Origin: Promethearchaeota archaeon
GTDB taxonomy: Archaea; Asgardarchaeota; Hermodarchaeia; Hermodarchaeales; Hermodarchaeaceae
NCBI GenBank assembly: GCA_048939245.1
Contig: JBHLPR010000026.1
Span: forward strand, 1-31,693
Direction of reading: 5' to 3'
Length of the DNA stretch: 31,693 bases
Below, piece after piece: positions 17,838-26,766 of this stretch; the stretch's first letter is position 1; every line of letters starts with the position of its first letter. The notes beneath the pieces were generated by a model, which ran no database searches, was not told the origin of the DNA, and worked only from the letters and a program-made list of their open reading frames with translations. A program made the translations under genes and the position numbers.

Positions 17838-18102
17838 GGATTCACTATTCGATTGACAACAACCAAACGTCAACCCAATTACGTACGATGGACTGAAAGA
17901 TTGTCCATATTCAAGGTGGGCTCGATTTTCGATGCCGTATTGAAACTTCAATAACCACAGAATTGGTTACTAGGATTGCTGCCAAAAAAGTTAATAAAAT
18001 CTATAAATCGAATTGGATTAGCTAGATTCTTTGAAGAATGAAGGAGTAAGTCTGAAAAGGCATCAACGCAATAATACTAGTACTTTGGAGCTGAAAAATC
18101 GT

Positions 18103-18489
18103 ATGATTCAATCTGATACCATTCGGCAAGCCATTCGAACCAAACTAACCGCAGGAACAACCCTCAAGACTGTTGGAGGCGCAGAATTTGTCGTTGACTC
18201 AGTTACCCCTGTTGAGATGGTTCTCCGAGTCGGAAAACAGAAGGCGCGAGTAGCCATTCATTTGAACGCTATTGACGATCTTGTTAAAGAATTCAAGTTC
18301 CTTCCACCTAATGGTTGGATGAAAATTGGAGCCACTACGGGTCAGCCTTCCCCTGGAACACTTGGAGCCGTCGTAAAAGCGCACACACAAGGATCCAGTT
18401 CTGCCAGCCAATTTGCCGCAGTTCTTGCTCATATCAATGTTGCTGAAATCAATCCTCGTCGCCCTTCACGAATCCGCTTACTAGTCTAA
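18103..18489 (+). CDS. hypothetical small basic soluble protein
   Basis: 128 aa from ATG 18103 with GGAG upstream (track start 18031); followed by a T-rich tract. Confidence 0.7.
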   Translation: MIQSDTIRQAIRTKLTAGTTLKTVGGAEFVVDSVTPVEMVLRVGKQKARVAIHLNAIDDLVKEFKFLPPNGWMKIGATTGQPSPGTLGAVVKAHTQGSSSASQFAAVLAHINVAEINPRRPSRIRLLV

Positions 18490-18577
18490 CTCTTCATTTT
18501 TTGAAGGAGAATAGGACAATAATAGAAAAGAACGCATATTCAATTCGAATAGGAAGGTTCTTATTTCCTTTACTTCG

Positions 18578-19129
18578 ATGAAGCCGTGCGAATACAAAAT
18601 GGAATGGATAGGCGTGTCAAAATCTACGAAACCCACACAGGAAACAAATGAATTGAAACAAAAGGTCTATGATTGGCTAGCGGAAGAAGGAATGTTCCGC
18701 AAAGAAGTTGATGATCCCAAGGCGGCTTTCCATTTTGGTATTAACTATCCTGTCGGGTCTCCATATCATATCGAGATAGTAAAACCTCGTGATATGAAAG
18801 ATGGTGTCCTCATCGTTTCGATTTTACGTGTTGCCCCTTCTCATCAAACTGCTTTAGCAAAGTTGTCTCCTGAGAAACGTAAACCCCTGATTCATGAGCT
18901 TAAACTTCGTCTTTTATCACGGCGTCCTGGATTTTCTGTTAAAGACCAAGAAGGTGTGTGGGACGCAGTGCAATTTCAGATTCGCTTACTTAAGGACTCG
19001 CTTTCAAAAACAACGCTTCTTGAAGCTATAGATGATATATTCCGGAGCATGTTATTTGTCATTTGGACTTTTGGGCACAATTTTGGAATCCCCCGAGGTC
19101 AACAGCAACAACCAGGCTTTTACACTTGA
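18578..19129 (+). CDS. DUF2299-like archaeal protein
   Basis: VYDWLAEEG...AAFHFGINYP...HIEIVKP pattern recognised from archaeal DUF2299 proteins; start may be GTG 18614. Confidence 0.7.
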   Translation: MKPCEYKMEWIGVSKSTKPTQETNELKQKVYDWLAEEGMFRKEVDDPKAAFHFGINYPVGSPYHIEIVKPRDMKDGVLIVSILRVAPSHQTALAKLSPEKRKPLIHELKLRLLSRRPGFSVKDQEGVWDAVQFQIRLLKDSLSKTTLLEAIDDIFRSMLFVIWTFGHNFGIPRGQQQQPGFYT

Positions 19130-19212
19130 AAGATACAGATTATAGGTCTTCTCCAGCAAACCTGAAAACTTTAATTGTCCAAAATCTGATGATAGAGGCA
19201 AGGAGGTTTTTC

Positions 19213-19539
19213 ATGAAAACCTGTGACGCTTGTGGTTATGAAAACGACGATGATGCAGACTTTTGCGCCCGTTGTGGCGCCCACCTTGCCGACAAAACCG
19301 TAAAACCTCAAAGGCGTAAAGAAGACGAGGCCTGTTATGGGTCTGAGGAAGAAGAATGCTTTGGACTCCCCTATGGAGGAGCGATTTGTGGGCTCATCTT
19401 CGGGGTCTTTATCATTCTCTGGGCGATCGGTGCTATTCTTGGATGGAGTATCTGGGACTATTTCTGGCCCATAATACTGGTTACCTTTGGAGTGTTGCTT
19501 GTCGCTGGCGCCATCTATACAATGCGCCAAAGGCGCTAG
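19213..19539 (+). CDS. zinc-ribbon membrane protein (ECFG-type, 2 TM)
   Basis: AGGAGG RBS; MKTCDACG...DFCARCGA; EEECFGLPYGGAI; WDYFWPIILV. Confidence 0.85.
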   Translation: MKTCDACGYENDDDADFCARCGAHLADKTVKPQRRKEDEACYGSEEEECFGLPYGGAICGLIFGVFIILWAIGAILGWSIWDYFWPIILVTFGVLLVAGAIYTMRQRR

Positions 19540-19549
19540 CCTTCATTTA

Positions 19550-20293
19550 TCAAACTTCGGAAAGGGGGCAATTAGTTGCCCCACATTGGGCACAAATGCG
19601 TATGTGCGATCGACGAGACATTAGAATTCGTGTGAAAATCCAATAAAGAATGAGGACGAGTAAGTACGTTCCAAGAATCACACTATCAGTGAACTGCATT
19701 AGAGTAGCTAACAGGAGAAACGGTCCCACAACGAAAAGTACGTTCGCCAGAAACCGAACCACACCGTGTTCAATATGAAGCGCACGATAGATGTAATGCT
19801 GTCCTAAGCCAACGGCGGTAAAAAACCATCCAAGCCAAAAGATGAACAACGGGTTGATAAATTGGGCGTTACCAAAGAAAAATAGCACTGTGCCAATTAG
19901 CGTAATACCTGCTCCTGAAACAAGACCTGTACAACCTGCGCAAAAGATTCGCGTGTGAATCCGGAGCACATGGCCACTATAATGGTCACAGGTGGGATGG
20001 TGTCCACGCTTTTGAATCTGACTTGTATTCGTTGATGGAAAATTCCTTGGAGATTCTTCTGTTGAAGCTTTTGTCTTCTTTTTACCAGATCGTGAACAAT
20101 GTGTAGGGAATATGCCAGCGAGAATTCCCAAAATACAAATGACTGCAAAGGCAGTTCCAATTAGCTGAAGTTTGAATGGGATTATGAGGTTTGGGAGTGG
20201 ATTTAGTAACAGGAATGGAAGCAGTCCAAGTCCTAAAAGCGATAAAAGAAGGGAAACCAATGTAAAATCTGAACCGTGTCTCTGCCCGATCAT
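19550..20293 (-). CDS. Cys/His-rich membrane protein (DUF2085-like)
   Basis: About 6 TM; GHHPTCDHYSGH...FCAGCTGL and HIRICAQCGATNC; ATG 20293 lies 2 nt after the radical SAM stop (track start 20404 overlaps that gene). Confidence 0.75.
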   Translation of the reverse strand: MIGQRHGSDFTLVSLLLSLLGLGLLPFLLLNPLPNLIIPFKLQLIGTAFAVICILGILAGIFPTHCSRSGKKKTKASTEESPRNFPSTNTSQIQKRGHHPTCDHYSGHVLRIHTRIFCAGCTGLVSGAGITLIGTVLFFFGNAQFINPLFIFWLGWFFTAVGLGQHYIYRALHIEHGVVRFLANVLFVVGPFLLLATLMQFTDSVILGTYLLVLILYWIFTRILMSRRSHIRICAQCGATNCPLSEV

Positions 20294-20295
20294 AG

Positions 20296-21708
20296 TCAAA
20301 CAAGTCCTTTGATTGCGCCAAGAAATCCTTTCCACATCATATGCCGATAATATGCTCGCTTCACCTCGTTGATTGCAAGAGCCCCACTGATCCGGCGTCG
20401 CCATCTGTAAAAGGCACGGTAGGTCGCGAACAGCTCCTTTTGCACTTCATCTCGACTCAAATACTCAGTGGGTATTATGGCATGGATCATGTCAAACTGG
20501 TTCCACTTAGGCTCCGCCATCAAGCCATGTTCTAGTGCTTCTTCATACATTGGTGTTCCAGGGTATGGTGTCATGGTCATAAACACTGCAATATCGGGAT
20601 CGACCTCGTTAATCCATTTTCGAAACGTATCAATAGATTGGTGTGAATCTTGACGATGACCAATTATAGCGGTTGTTTGTGCTAGGATATCATTGTCCTT
20701 CAATAACTTGATCGCTTCTTTTCCGGTGGAGACATCAATACCCTTATGGTATTTTTTCAGCATTTGCTCATCATGGCTTTCTAGTCCCGTCATTACCCAT
20801 TGAAGCCCGGTCTCTCGCAGCTTCGGGAGCAGATCCTTTCCAGTCACAATTTCATCCGCACGGGCTTGGAAGAACCACATTAAATCCTCTGTAATTCCCC
20901 GTTCCAAAAGTTCATCACATAAAATTTCCATCCAGTCATTCAATTGAATGTAATCGTCGATTAGCCAAAGAAAACGGCTACCAAATTCATGATACAGATA
21001 TTCAAATTCATCTGCTACACGTTGCGGCGATTTACGACGAACACTTCCCCAATAACGCCATTGGCTACAAAACGAACACTTATGAGCACAGCCACGTCCC
21101 CCCTCAACCAAAGCATACGGCAATTCACGTCCAGCTGGAAAACGATATTTCCCCATATGCTCACGCACAAAATGATATCCAGGAAATGGCAACTGATTCA
21201 TATCCGAAATCATCGGACGATCTGGATTATGAATCACAGCTCCTCGATCACGAAAGGAAAGCCCCTTTACCTTCTTCAACGAACGATTCGTTTCCAGCGC
21301 CTTTAAAAGCTCCACGAATGTGACTTCTCCTTCACCCCGAATAATCAAATCCAATTGTGTATACGCTTCCAAAGTCTCCTGAGCAAGTACGGAGAAATGT
21401 TGACTTCCCACAACGGTTACTATCTCTTCATCAACCTGTTTCGCTAAACTAACCGCTTGAAGTGTAATATTGGCATTACATGTCGAAACCGTACTCGGTG
21501 CCACAATATCCGGAGCAAAGTTTGCAATACGTTTTTCCACATCGTTCCAATCGGCTTGTTCAGCTTGACAATCCATGACTTGAATCTCAGCATCAGGATC
21601 GTTAGCCTCCACATACGCGGCGATACATAGAAGCCCTAAGGGTGGCGGTAAATAATCCCCCATAACAAACCACGGCTCCTTTGGAGGCTCAACAAATAGA
21701 ATTTTCAC
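20296..21708 (-). CDS. cobalamin-dependent radical SAM protein, paralog 2
   Basis: PPLGLLCIAAY, IIRGEGE, GRGCAHKCSFC, GLES and TPYPGT; collinear with 5080-6516. Confidence 0.92.
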   Translation of the reverse strand: MKILFVEPPKEPWFVMGDYLPPPLGLLCIAAYVEANDPDAEIQVMDCQAEQADWNDVEKRIANFAPDIVAPSTVSTCNANITLQAVSLAKQVDEEIVTVVGSQHFSVLAQETLEAYTQLDLIIRGEGEVTFVELLKALETNRSLKKVKGLSFRDRGAVIHNPDRPMISDMNQLPFPGYHFVREHMGKYRFPAGRELPYALVEGGRGCAHKCSFCSQWRYWGSVRRKSPQRVADEFEYLYHEFGSRFLWLIDDYIQLNDWMEILCDELLERGITEDLMWFFQARADEIVTGKDLLPKLRETGLQWVMTGLESHDEQMLKKYHKGIDVSTGKEAIKLLKDNDILAQTTAIIGHRQDSHQSIDTFRKWINEVDPDIAVFMTMTPYPGTPMYEEALEHGLMAEPKWNQFDMIHAIIPTEYLSRDEVQKELFATYRAFYRWRRRISGALAINEVKRAYYRHMMWKGFLGAIKGLV

Positions 21709-21793
21709 AGGAACTCAATCCAAAGACTGTGGATTCGCAATCTCGATTCAGAAATTTAACACTTTGGTCTCAGCATTCTTTAAAGGAAAATGG

Positions 21794-21905
21794 GAGAACC
21801 GGAGTTATAGCTATCCAGACCCCACAAAAAGGACACAATTGGAGGGGAGAGGGAATGGTTTCTAGGGGAGTAAGTGGTGTCTGGATAATCGCGACTCCGG
21901 TTCAC
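21794..21905. repeat. 32-bp imperfect inverted repeat flanking a 48-nt purine-rich spacer
   Basis: Left arm 21794-21825 gagaaccggagt-tatagc-tatccagac-cccac; reverse complement of the right arm 21874-21905 gtgaaccggagt-cgcgat-tatccagac-accac; 24/32 identical. Confidence 0.8.
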
Positions 21906-22054
21906 AATTTGATTCCGGTTCCCCTACACCTAGTTTCCTACCGGTTGCCTTAATAAAAACTTCTCTTTCACGACTTTTCGTCATTTAGGTATTTTGCGAG
22001 TTCCCCAAAGTCTTAAGAAGAAGAAACTCGCTACAGGTGGGTGAGGTGTTCCTC

Positions 22055-22384
22055 ATGGTCTATTGCCAGAAATGCGGTGTTGATAATCCCGATGAGGCAG
22101 ATTTTTGCAAAAAATGCGGTGCTCCGTTGGCTCCCATTAAACGAACCTGGCGACAAAAATACGGTGGAAGAGCTGAAGAAGAGTGCTTCGGGTTCACCGG
22201 AGGCGGCGCTATCTTTGGCATTATCGCAGGGTTGGTCATTGTTATCCTTGGATTTTCTCTGGTCTTTCAAATTAACTTCTGGTTCCTCATTGGACCCCTC
22301 ATAGGACTCATTGTTGGATTTCTAATTCTCATCTGTGCATTTAACTCAATTCGACAAAAACGTCGGATTAGGGAGGAGGCCTAG
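22055..22384 (+). CDS. zinc-ribbon membrane protein (ECFG-type), paralog of 19213-19539
   Basis: GAGGTG RBS; MVYCQKCG...DFCKKCGA; EEECFGFTGGGAI; 2 TM. Confidence 0.85.
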   Translation: MVYCQKCGVDNPDEADFCKKCGAPLAPIKRTWRQKYGGRAEEECFGFTGGGAIFGIIAGLVIVILGFSLVFQINFWFLIGPLIGLIVGFLILICAFNSIRQKRRIREEA

Positions 22385-22399
22385 CCCAAGGCATCGATA

Positions 22400-22897
22400 T
22401 TGGAGGTTATGATATTGAGTAGAAAAACGCGTGAAGATTCAGACATCTTAGGCGCAGTCACTGCAGGTTTAATCATCATCTTAATAGCGGTGCTCCTAGT
22501 TGCCATACCGACCTTACTCCCGTCCATCATTAATTTCATCCTTGACCTAACATGGACTGAAATTACTCTCGGGTTATGGTGGTGGACTCCGACAACCCCT
22601 GGAGCACATTTGCTAGTCTATAATGGGATCTACATCTTCTTCCTCGGCACTATAGTCGTTAACATCATTGTACTGATTCTTCGAGTCCTCCTTCAGGACT
22701 CTTATCGACGTCAAATCGATTCAATTGGCAGTATCGTTATGAGCGCTGGTGTAACCTGGGCAGCTTATATGTATACCCAGAATTACGCGCTTACCAACGC
22801 TTTTGCAATGTTCTGTGGCTGGTTCATCGTCTTCATCGGAGTTAGCATCATCATATCGAGTCTAGGGAACTGGGTTGTCCTCTATTTCAGACAATAA
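22400..22897 (+). CDS. hypothetical membrane protein (4 TM)
   Basis: Hydrophobic 165-aa ORF 15 nt after the zinc-ribbon gene; start may be ATG 22409 or TTG 22415. Confidence 0.8.
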   Translation: MEVMILSRKTREDSDILGAVTAGLIIILIAVLLVAIPTLLPSIINFILDLTWTEITLGLWWWTPTTPGAHLLVYNGIYIFFLGTIVVNIIVLILRVLLQDSYRRQIDSIGSIVMSAGVTWAAYMYTQNYALTNAFAMFCGWFIVFIGVSIIISSLGNWVVLYFRQ

Positions 22898-22999
22898 GCT
22901 TCGTGATTCTGAAATCGGTTCTAGCCCTAATCAGAAACGAGCTTCCTACCTAGTAAATGGTGAAATCGCCACTTAATAATCAGTCTATTAAAGGTAGGT

Positions 23000-24910
23000 T
23001 TACCGGCGTTTCAACTGCTTCTTCATTACTGGCTCTGGAGCGGTTTTTGGTTGAACGATGTCCTTTGCTAGTTCTTCCTGAGCACTCTTGAGTGTCTCTT
23101 CTGTGATCTCTTCTACCGATTGATGGGCATAGTAGGTGTCATATAGGGATTTGTAATGTCCACCCAACGCGAGTAGTTCATCATGTGTCCCTTGCTCAAT
23201 GAGTTTGCCGTGTTCGAAGACAAATAAACGAGACGCATTCGCGATTGTTGTTAGTCGATGGGCAATGACAACAGTCGTTCGTTTTGAAAACAACTGCTCT
23301 TGGGCTGCTTGCACCAACGATTCTGAGTAGGCATCCAAGCGGCTTGTTGCCTCATCAAGGATGAGGATCTTGGGATCTGCTAACATAGTGCGCGCAATTG
23401 AAATCATTTGCACCTGACCCGCACTCAAGTTCTTGCCTCCTTCTGTGAGCATAGTGCCATAGCCTTGAGGGAGAACTTCGATGAAATCATGGGCCCCAAT
23501 TAATTTTGAAAGCTTTAGGATTTCCTCGTCCGTGGCATCGGGGCGTCCATATCGGATATTTTCCATGACCGTATCATCAAATAGATAGGGTTCTTGAGCA
23601 ATTAAGGCGATGTTGTCGTGAAGTGATTCAAGGGTTACTGTACGGAGGTCTTGATCACCAATCTGTATCTTTCCAGTTTGGGGGTCATAAAACCGGTTAA
23701 TGAGTGCTGCAAGAGTAGTTTTTCCTGCTCCTGTATGACCCACAATTGCTACCAATTCACCAGGATGCACGACGAAACTGACATCTTCTAAGACTTCTGC
23801 CCCATCTACATAACTGAAAGTCACATCTTCAAAGACTATACCATCACTTTGTTTTTTCAGTGGGACCGCAGTATCGGAATCCTGAATAGATGGCTCGGTT
23901 TGAAGAATATCCAAGAGCCGGTCCATCGATGCAAGGGATGCTTGGAATTGGCTAGCCATCATACTCAAAATGAGAAGCGGCCATAAGAAGCGTTGCACAA
24001 GAATTACTCCAAGAAATACTTCTCCAATCGTAAGCAATGGAGCAGTTCCGATTGCGAGACTCCCTGCTACAAAAAGGACGGCTGCCACAGCTGCGATTCC
24101 AGTAGCCCTAACCATTGGTTGTAAGGCTGTCATCAGCATCATGAATCGAAATCCATATCGATAGGCTTCCTGGTTTAGTCTAGATAGCAGGGTTGCGGTT
24201 TCGTCTTCGCGGTTGAATGCCTTTGCGATATGAATGCCACTAAGGTTCTCGGCAATTTGCCCAGAGACATAACCCGTAGCACGTTGGGAAGCGAGCATGA
24301 TGCGTTGTCCGACAGTTCCAAAAAGAACCACAATTAGTATGACGACGGGAACAACGACTAGTGACGTTAGGGCAACCCAGGGGGAAACCAGCCACATAAT
24401 CACAAAGGTCGAAATCACTGTAAGTAATTGGCTGGAGAAGTCAATGACGATTTGAATTCCGACCGCAAGATTATCTGTATCAGTTGTTACTCGCGAAGTG
24501 ATGTCTCCACTCTGCTTGGTTCGAAAGTAGGATAAATCTGCACGAATAAGGTTTCCGTATACATCCTGTTGTAGGGAACGGATATATCCTGCCTGAGCTC
24601 CCGCTAAAATCCACGTATACAATGAGCTCAGAAACCAACTGGCTGCTCGTAATATCACATATACAATCCCTAGATATAAGATGGTGCTTAACGGGGAGCC
24701 AGGAATCAGAACCAGGTTTATACCATTTGCTAGAATTATTGGATCTATTGCTCGGAATATTGTAGCAATAATGGTAAAGATTGCTGCAATTGCTATGGAC
24801 TTCTTGAATCTACCAAGATATCCGAACTGAGCTCCAAGGAGAGTACGGAGTGAGCGGCTGCGTTTATACCGTTCGCCGGCTAGTGCTGCGGGGCCTCGAC
24901 GAACAGCCAT
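23000..24910 (-). CDS. ABC exporter half-transporter (TMD-NBD), subunit with consensus catalytic residues
   Basis: GHTGAGKTT, deviant signature LSAGQ, Walker B ILILDEAT and H-switch IAHRL. Confidence 0.93.
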   Translation of the reverse strand: MAVRRGPAALAGERYKRSRSLRTLLGAQFGYLGRFKKSIAIAAIFTIIATIFRAIDPIILANGINLVLIPGSPLSTILYLGIVYVILRAASWFLSSLYTWILAGAQAGYIRSLQQDVYGNLIRADLSYFRTKQSGDITSRVTTDTDNLAVGIQIVIDFSSQLLTVISTFVIMWLVSPWVALTSLVVVPVVILIVVLFGTVGQRIMLASQRATGYVSGQIAENLSGIHIAKAFNREDETATLLSRLNQEAYRYGFRFMMLMTALQPMVRATGIAAVAAVLFVAGSLAIGTAPLLTIGEVFLGVILVQRFLWPLLILSMMASQFQASLASMDRLLDILQTEPSIQDSDTAVPLKKQSDGIVFEDVTFSYVDGAEVLEDVSFVVHPGELVAIVGHTGAGKTTLAALINRFYDPQTGKIQIGDQDLRTVTLESLHDNIALIAQEPYLFDDTVMENIRYGRPDATDEEILKLSKLIGAHDFIEVLPQGYGTMLTEGGKNLSAGQVQMISIARTMLADPKILILDEATSRLDAYSESLVQAAQEQLFSKRTTVVIAHRLTTIANASRLFVFEHGKLIEQGTHDELLALGGHYKSLYDTYYAHQSVEEITEETLKSAQEELAKDIVQPKTAPEPVMKKQLKRR

Positions 24911-26715
24911 TAATTACTCTCCTCCTGTGTTGTTTTCTGTACAAAAGAAAAGGCACCAGGCAATCGTTCGAAAATACGTTGATAATGTTCAGATGATTGT
25001 ATCAATTTGTCGTGCGTGCCTGTTGCGACTATTTCGCCTTTATCGACGATGATGATTAAGTCAGATTCGAGAAGGGTTCGGAGTCGCTGAGTTACCGTGA
25101 TGCTGGTGCGATTTTTCATTACCTCATTCAGGGCTTTTCGTAACGAATACTCGGTTTGAGCATCAATGGCACTCACAGAATCGTCTAATAGGAGAATCTT
25201 CGGGTCTTGAACCAAGGTACGAGCAATTGCCAGACGCTGGCGCTGACCTCCACTTAGAGTCATCCCCCGTTCGCCAATAACAGTATCATACCCTTCTGGT
25301 AGTTTCGTGATGAACTCGTGTGCTTGAGCTTTCTTTGCGGCTTCAATGATGTCTTCTTCACTGGCATCAACACACCCGAACCCAATGTTATCGTGAACAC
25401 TCATACGGAACAAGAAGATATCTTGTTCGACTAGCCCCACGGCTGCACGGACATCACGAGTCAGAACATTACGGAGATCAATGCCTCCAATAAGAACACG
25501 GCCCTTTGTGGGATCATAGAGTCGTAAAAGGAGCTTCAAAATTGTGCTTTTTCCTCCTCCTGGACCTCCGATGAGGGCGACTCGAGAATCACTGGGAATC
25601 GTGAGATTGATGTTCTTAAGGGCGTAGGAATTATTGTGTTCGTTATTACTGGTATACTGAAAGCTCACATTATCAAATACAATGTCTCCAGTCCAATCAA
25701 TCTCAGAAATTCCTGGATCGGGTTCTTGAAGTGGGTCCTTCCAATTTAGAACGTTAATTATCCGTTGAGCATTCACATAACCTCCTCGAATGACAAGGAG
25801 GTGGCGTGGGAGCATGAAGCTGAATCCTTCGATTGCTGCAAAAAGGCCAAGTGCGGTAACTAGCTGGCCAACGGTCCACGTTCCACCCAAAACGAGGTTT
25901 GCTCCGTAGATAAAAGCCAGTGTAGTGATGGCTATGAGGATCAGAGTGGGTATATAGAATGAGCCAAGCTTTCCTTCACGTGCCGTGAGTTGTTCATAAT
26001 CTCCGGCGGCCTCACTGAATTTTTCTTGTTCCTGTTCTTCTGATCCAAAGGCCCGAACTACTTCGATGCCACGAAAGACTTCTTGACTAATCGCGGTAAT
26101 TGTTTCATTTTGTTCTGATCTGGATCGACGTATAGGTTCGACTTTCACTGCATACCTGTATGCGAAGAGGAGATAGAGGGGAGCACCGATTACAACTATG
26201 ATTCCCAACCAGATGTCCATGAGAGCAAGAAAAATGCAAGCGATGATAAGGGTGCCAATTGCAGAAATGATGTTACGAAGAGCTGGATTTAGTGAGAAGC
26301 GAACCCAGCGGACATCTTGCATGGCGACGGCAAGCAATTGCTTGCTATCAACCTGGTCATGAAAAGTCATGCTATTTTCCTGAACTAATTCAAAGAATTC
26401 TTGCCGTGCATCGCGTTCCCAACGCAGCGTTATTATGGCGAAGACGTAACCGGTCACGAGTATGGTAATAAACAAGGTGATAGCAATTCCGAGGATGAAC
26501 CATACATGGAAGATGAAAGGCTGAGTGAATCCTTCGCTTTCAAGAATGTTGATGGCATTTCCTATTAAAATTGAAGGAAGGGTTAGGAGATAAGAAGCAA
26601 AGAGGGCTAGTGCTATGGCTACGACGGTGACGCCGGGATAGTGGCGTAAAGCAGCTAATTGATACCGGGTTGCACTCTTGTATTTGACATCAGCCACGAG
26701 ACTAAAACCTCTCAT
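24910..26715 (-). CDS. ABC exporter half-transporter (TMD-NBD), subunit with degenerate catalytic residues
   Basis: GGPGGGKST, LSGGQRQR, Walker B LLLDD (E to D) and switch TQRL (H to Q); TAATG overlap with the partner gene. Confidence 0.93.
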   Translation of the reverse strand: MRGFSLVADVKYKSATRYQLAALRHYPGVTVVAIALALFASYLLTLPSILIGNAINILESEGFTQPFIFHVWFILGIAITLFITILVTGYVFAIITLRWERDARQEFFELVQENSMTFHDQVDSKQLLAVAMQDVRWVRFSLNPALRNIISAIGTLIIACIFLALMDIWLGIIVVIGAPLYLLFAYRYAVKVEPIRRSRSEQNETITAISQEVFRGIEVVRAFGSEEQEQEKFSEAAGDYEQLTAREGKLGSFYIPTLILIAITTLAFIYGANLVLGGTWTVGQLVTALGLFAAIEGFSFMLPRHLLVIRGGYVNAQRIINVLNWKDPLQEPDPGISEIDWTGDIVFDNVSFQYTSNNEHNNSYALKNINLTIPSDSRVALIGGPGGGKSTILKLLLRLYDPTKGRVLIGGIDLRNVLTRDVRAAVGLVEQDIFLFRMSVHDNIGFGCVDASEEDIIEAAKKAQAHEFITKLPEGYDTVIGERGMTLSGGQRQRLAIARTLVQDPKILLLDDSVSAIDAQTEYSLRKALNEVMKNRTSITVTQRLRTLLESDLIIIVDKGEIVATGTHDKLIQSSEHYQRIFERLPGAFSFVQKTTQEESN

Positions 26716-26766
26716 TGCATAATTCTATCATTCTGGGATACCTCGTTCAACAGATGAAACTTACTT

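Noticed and set aside
20294-20404. Apparent 109-nt overlap between the radical SAM gene and the downstream membrane ORF
   Set aside because: Resolved by using ATG 20293, 2 nt after the stop codon
21794-21905. The inverted repeat as an active invertible switch, dif site or ORB-type origin
   Set aside because: The 6-bp cores differ at every position, no recombinase or cdc6/orc1 gene is nearby, and the spacer is not AT-rich; kept only as an unexplained repeat
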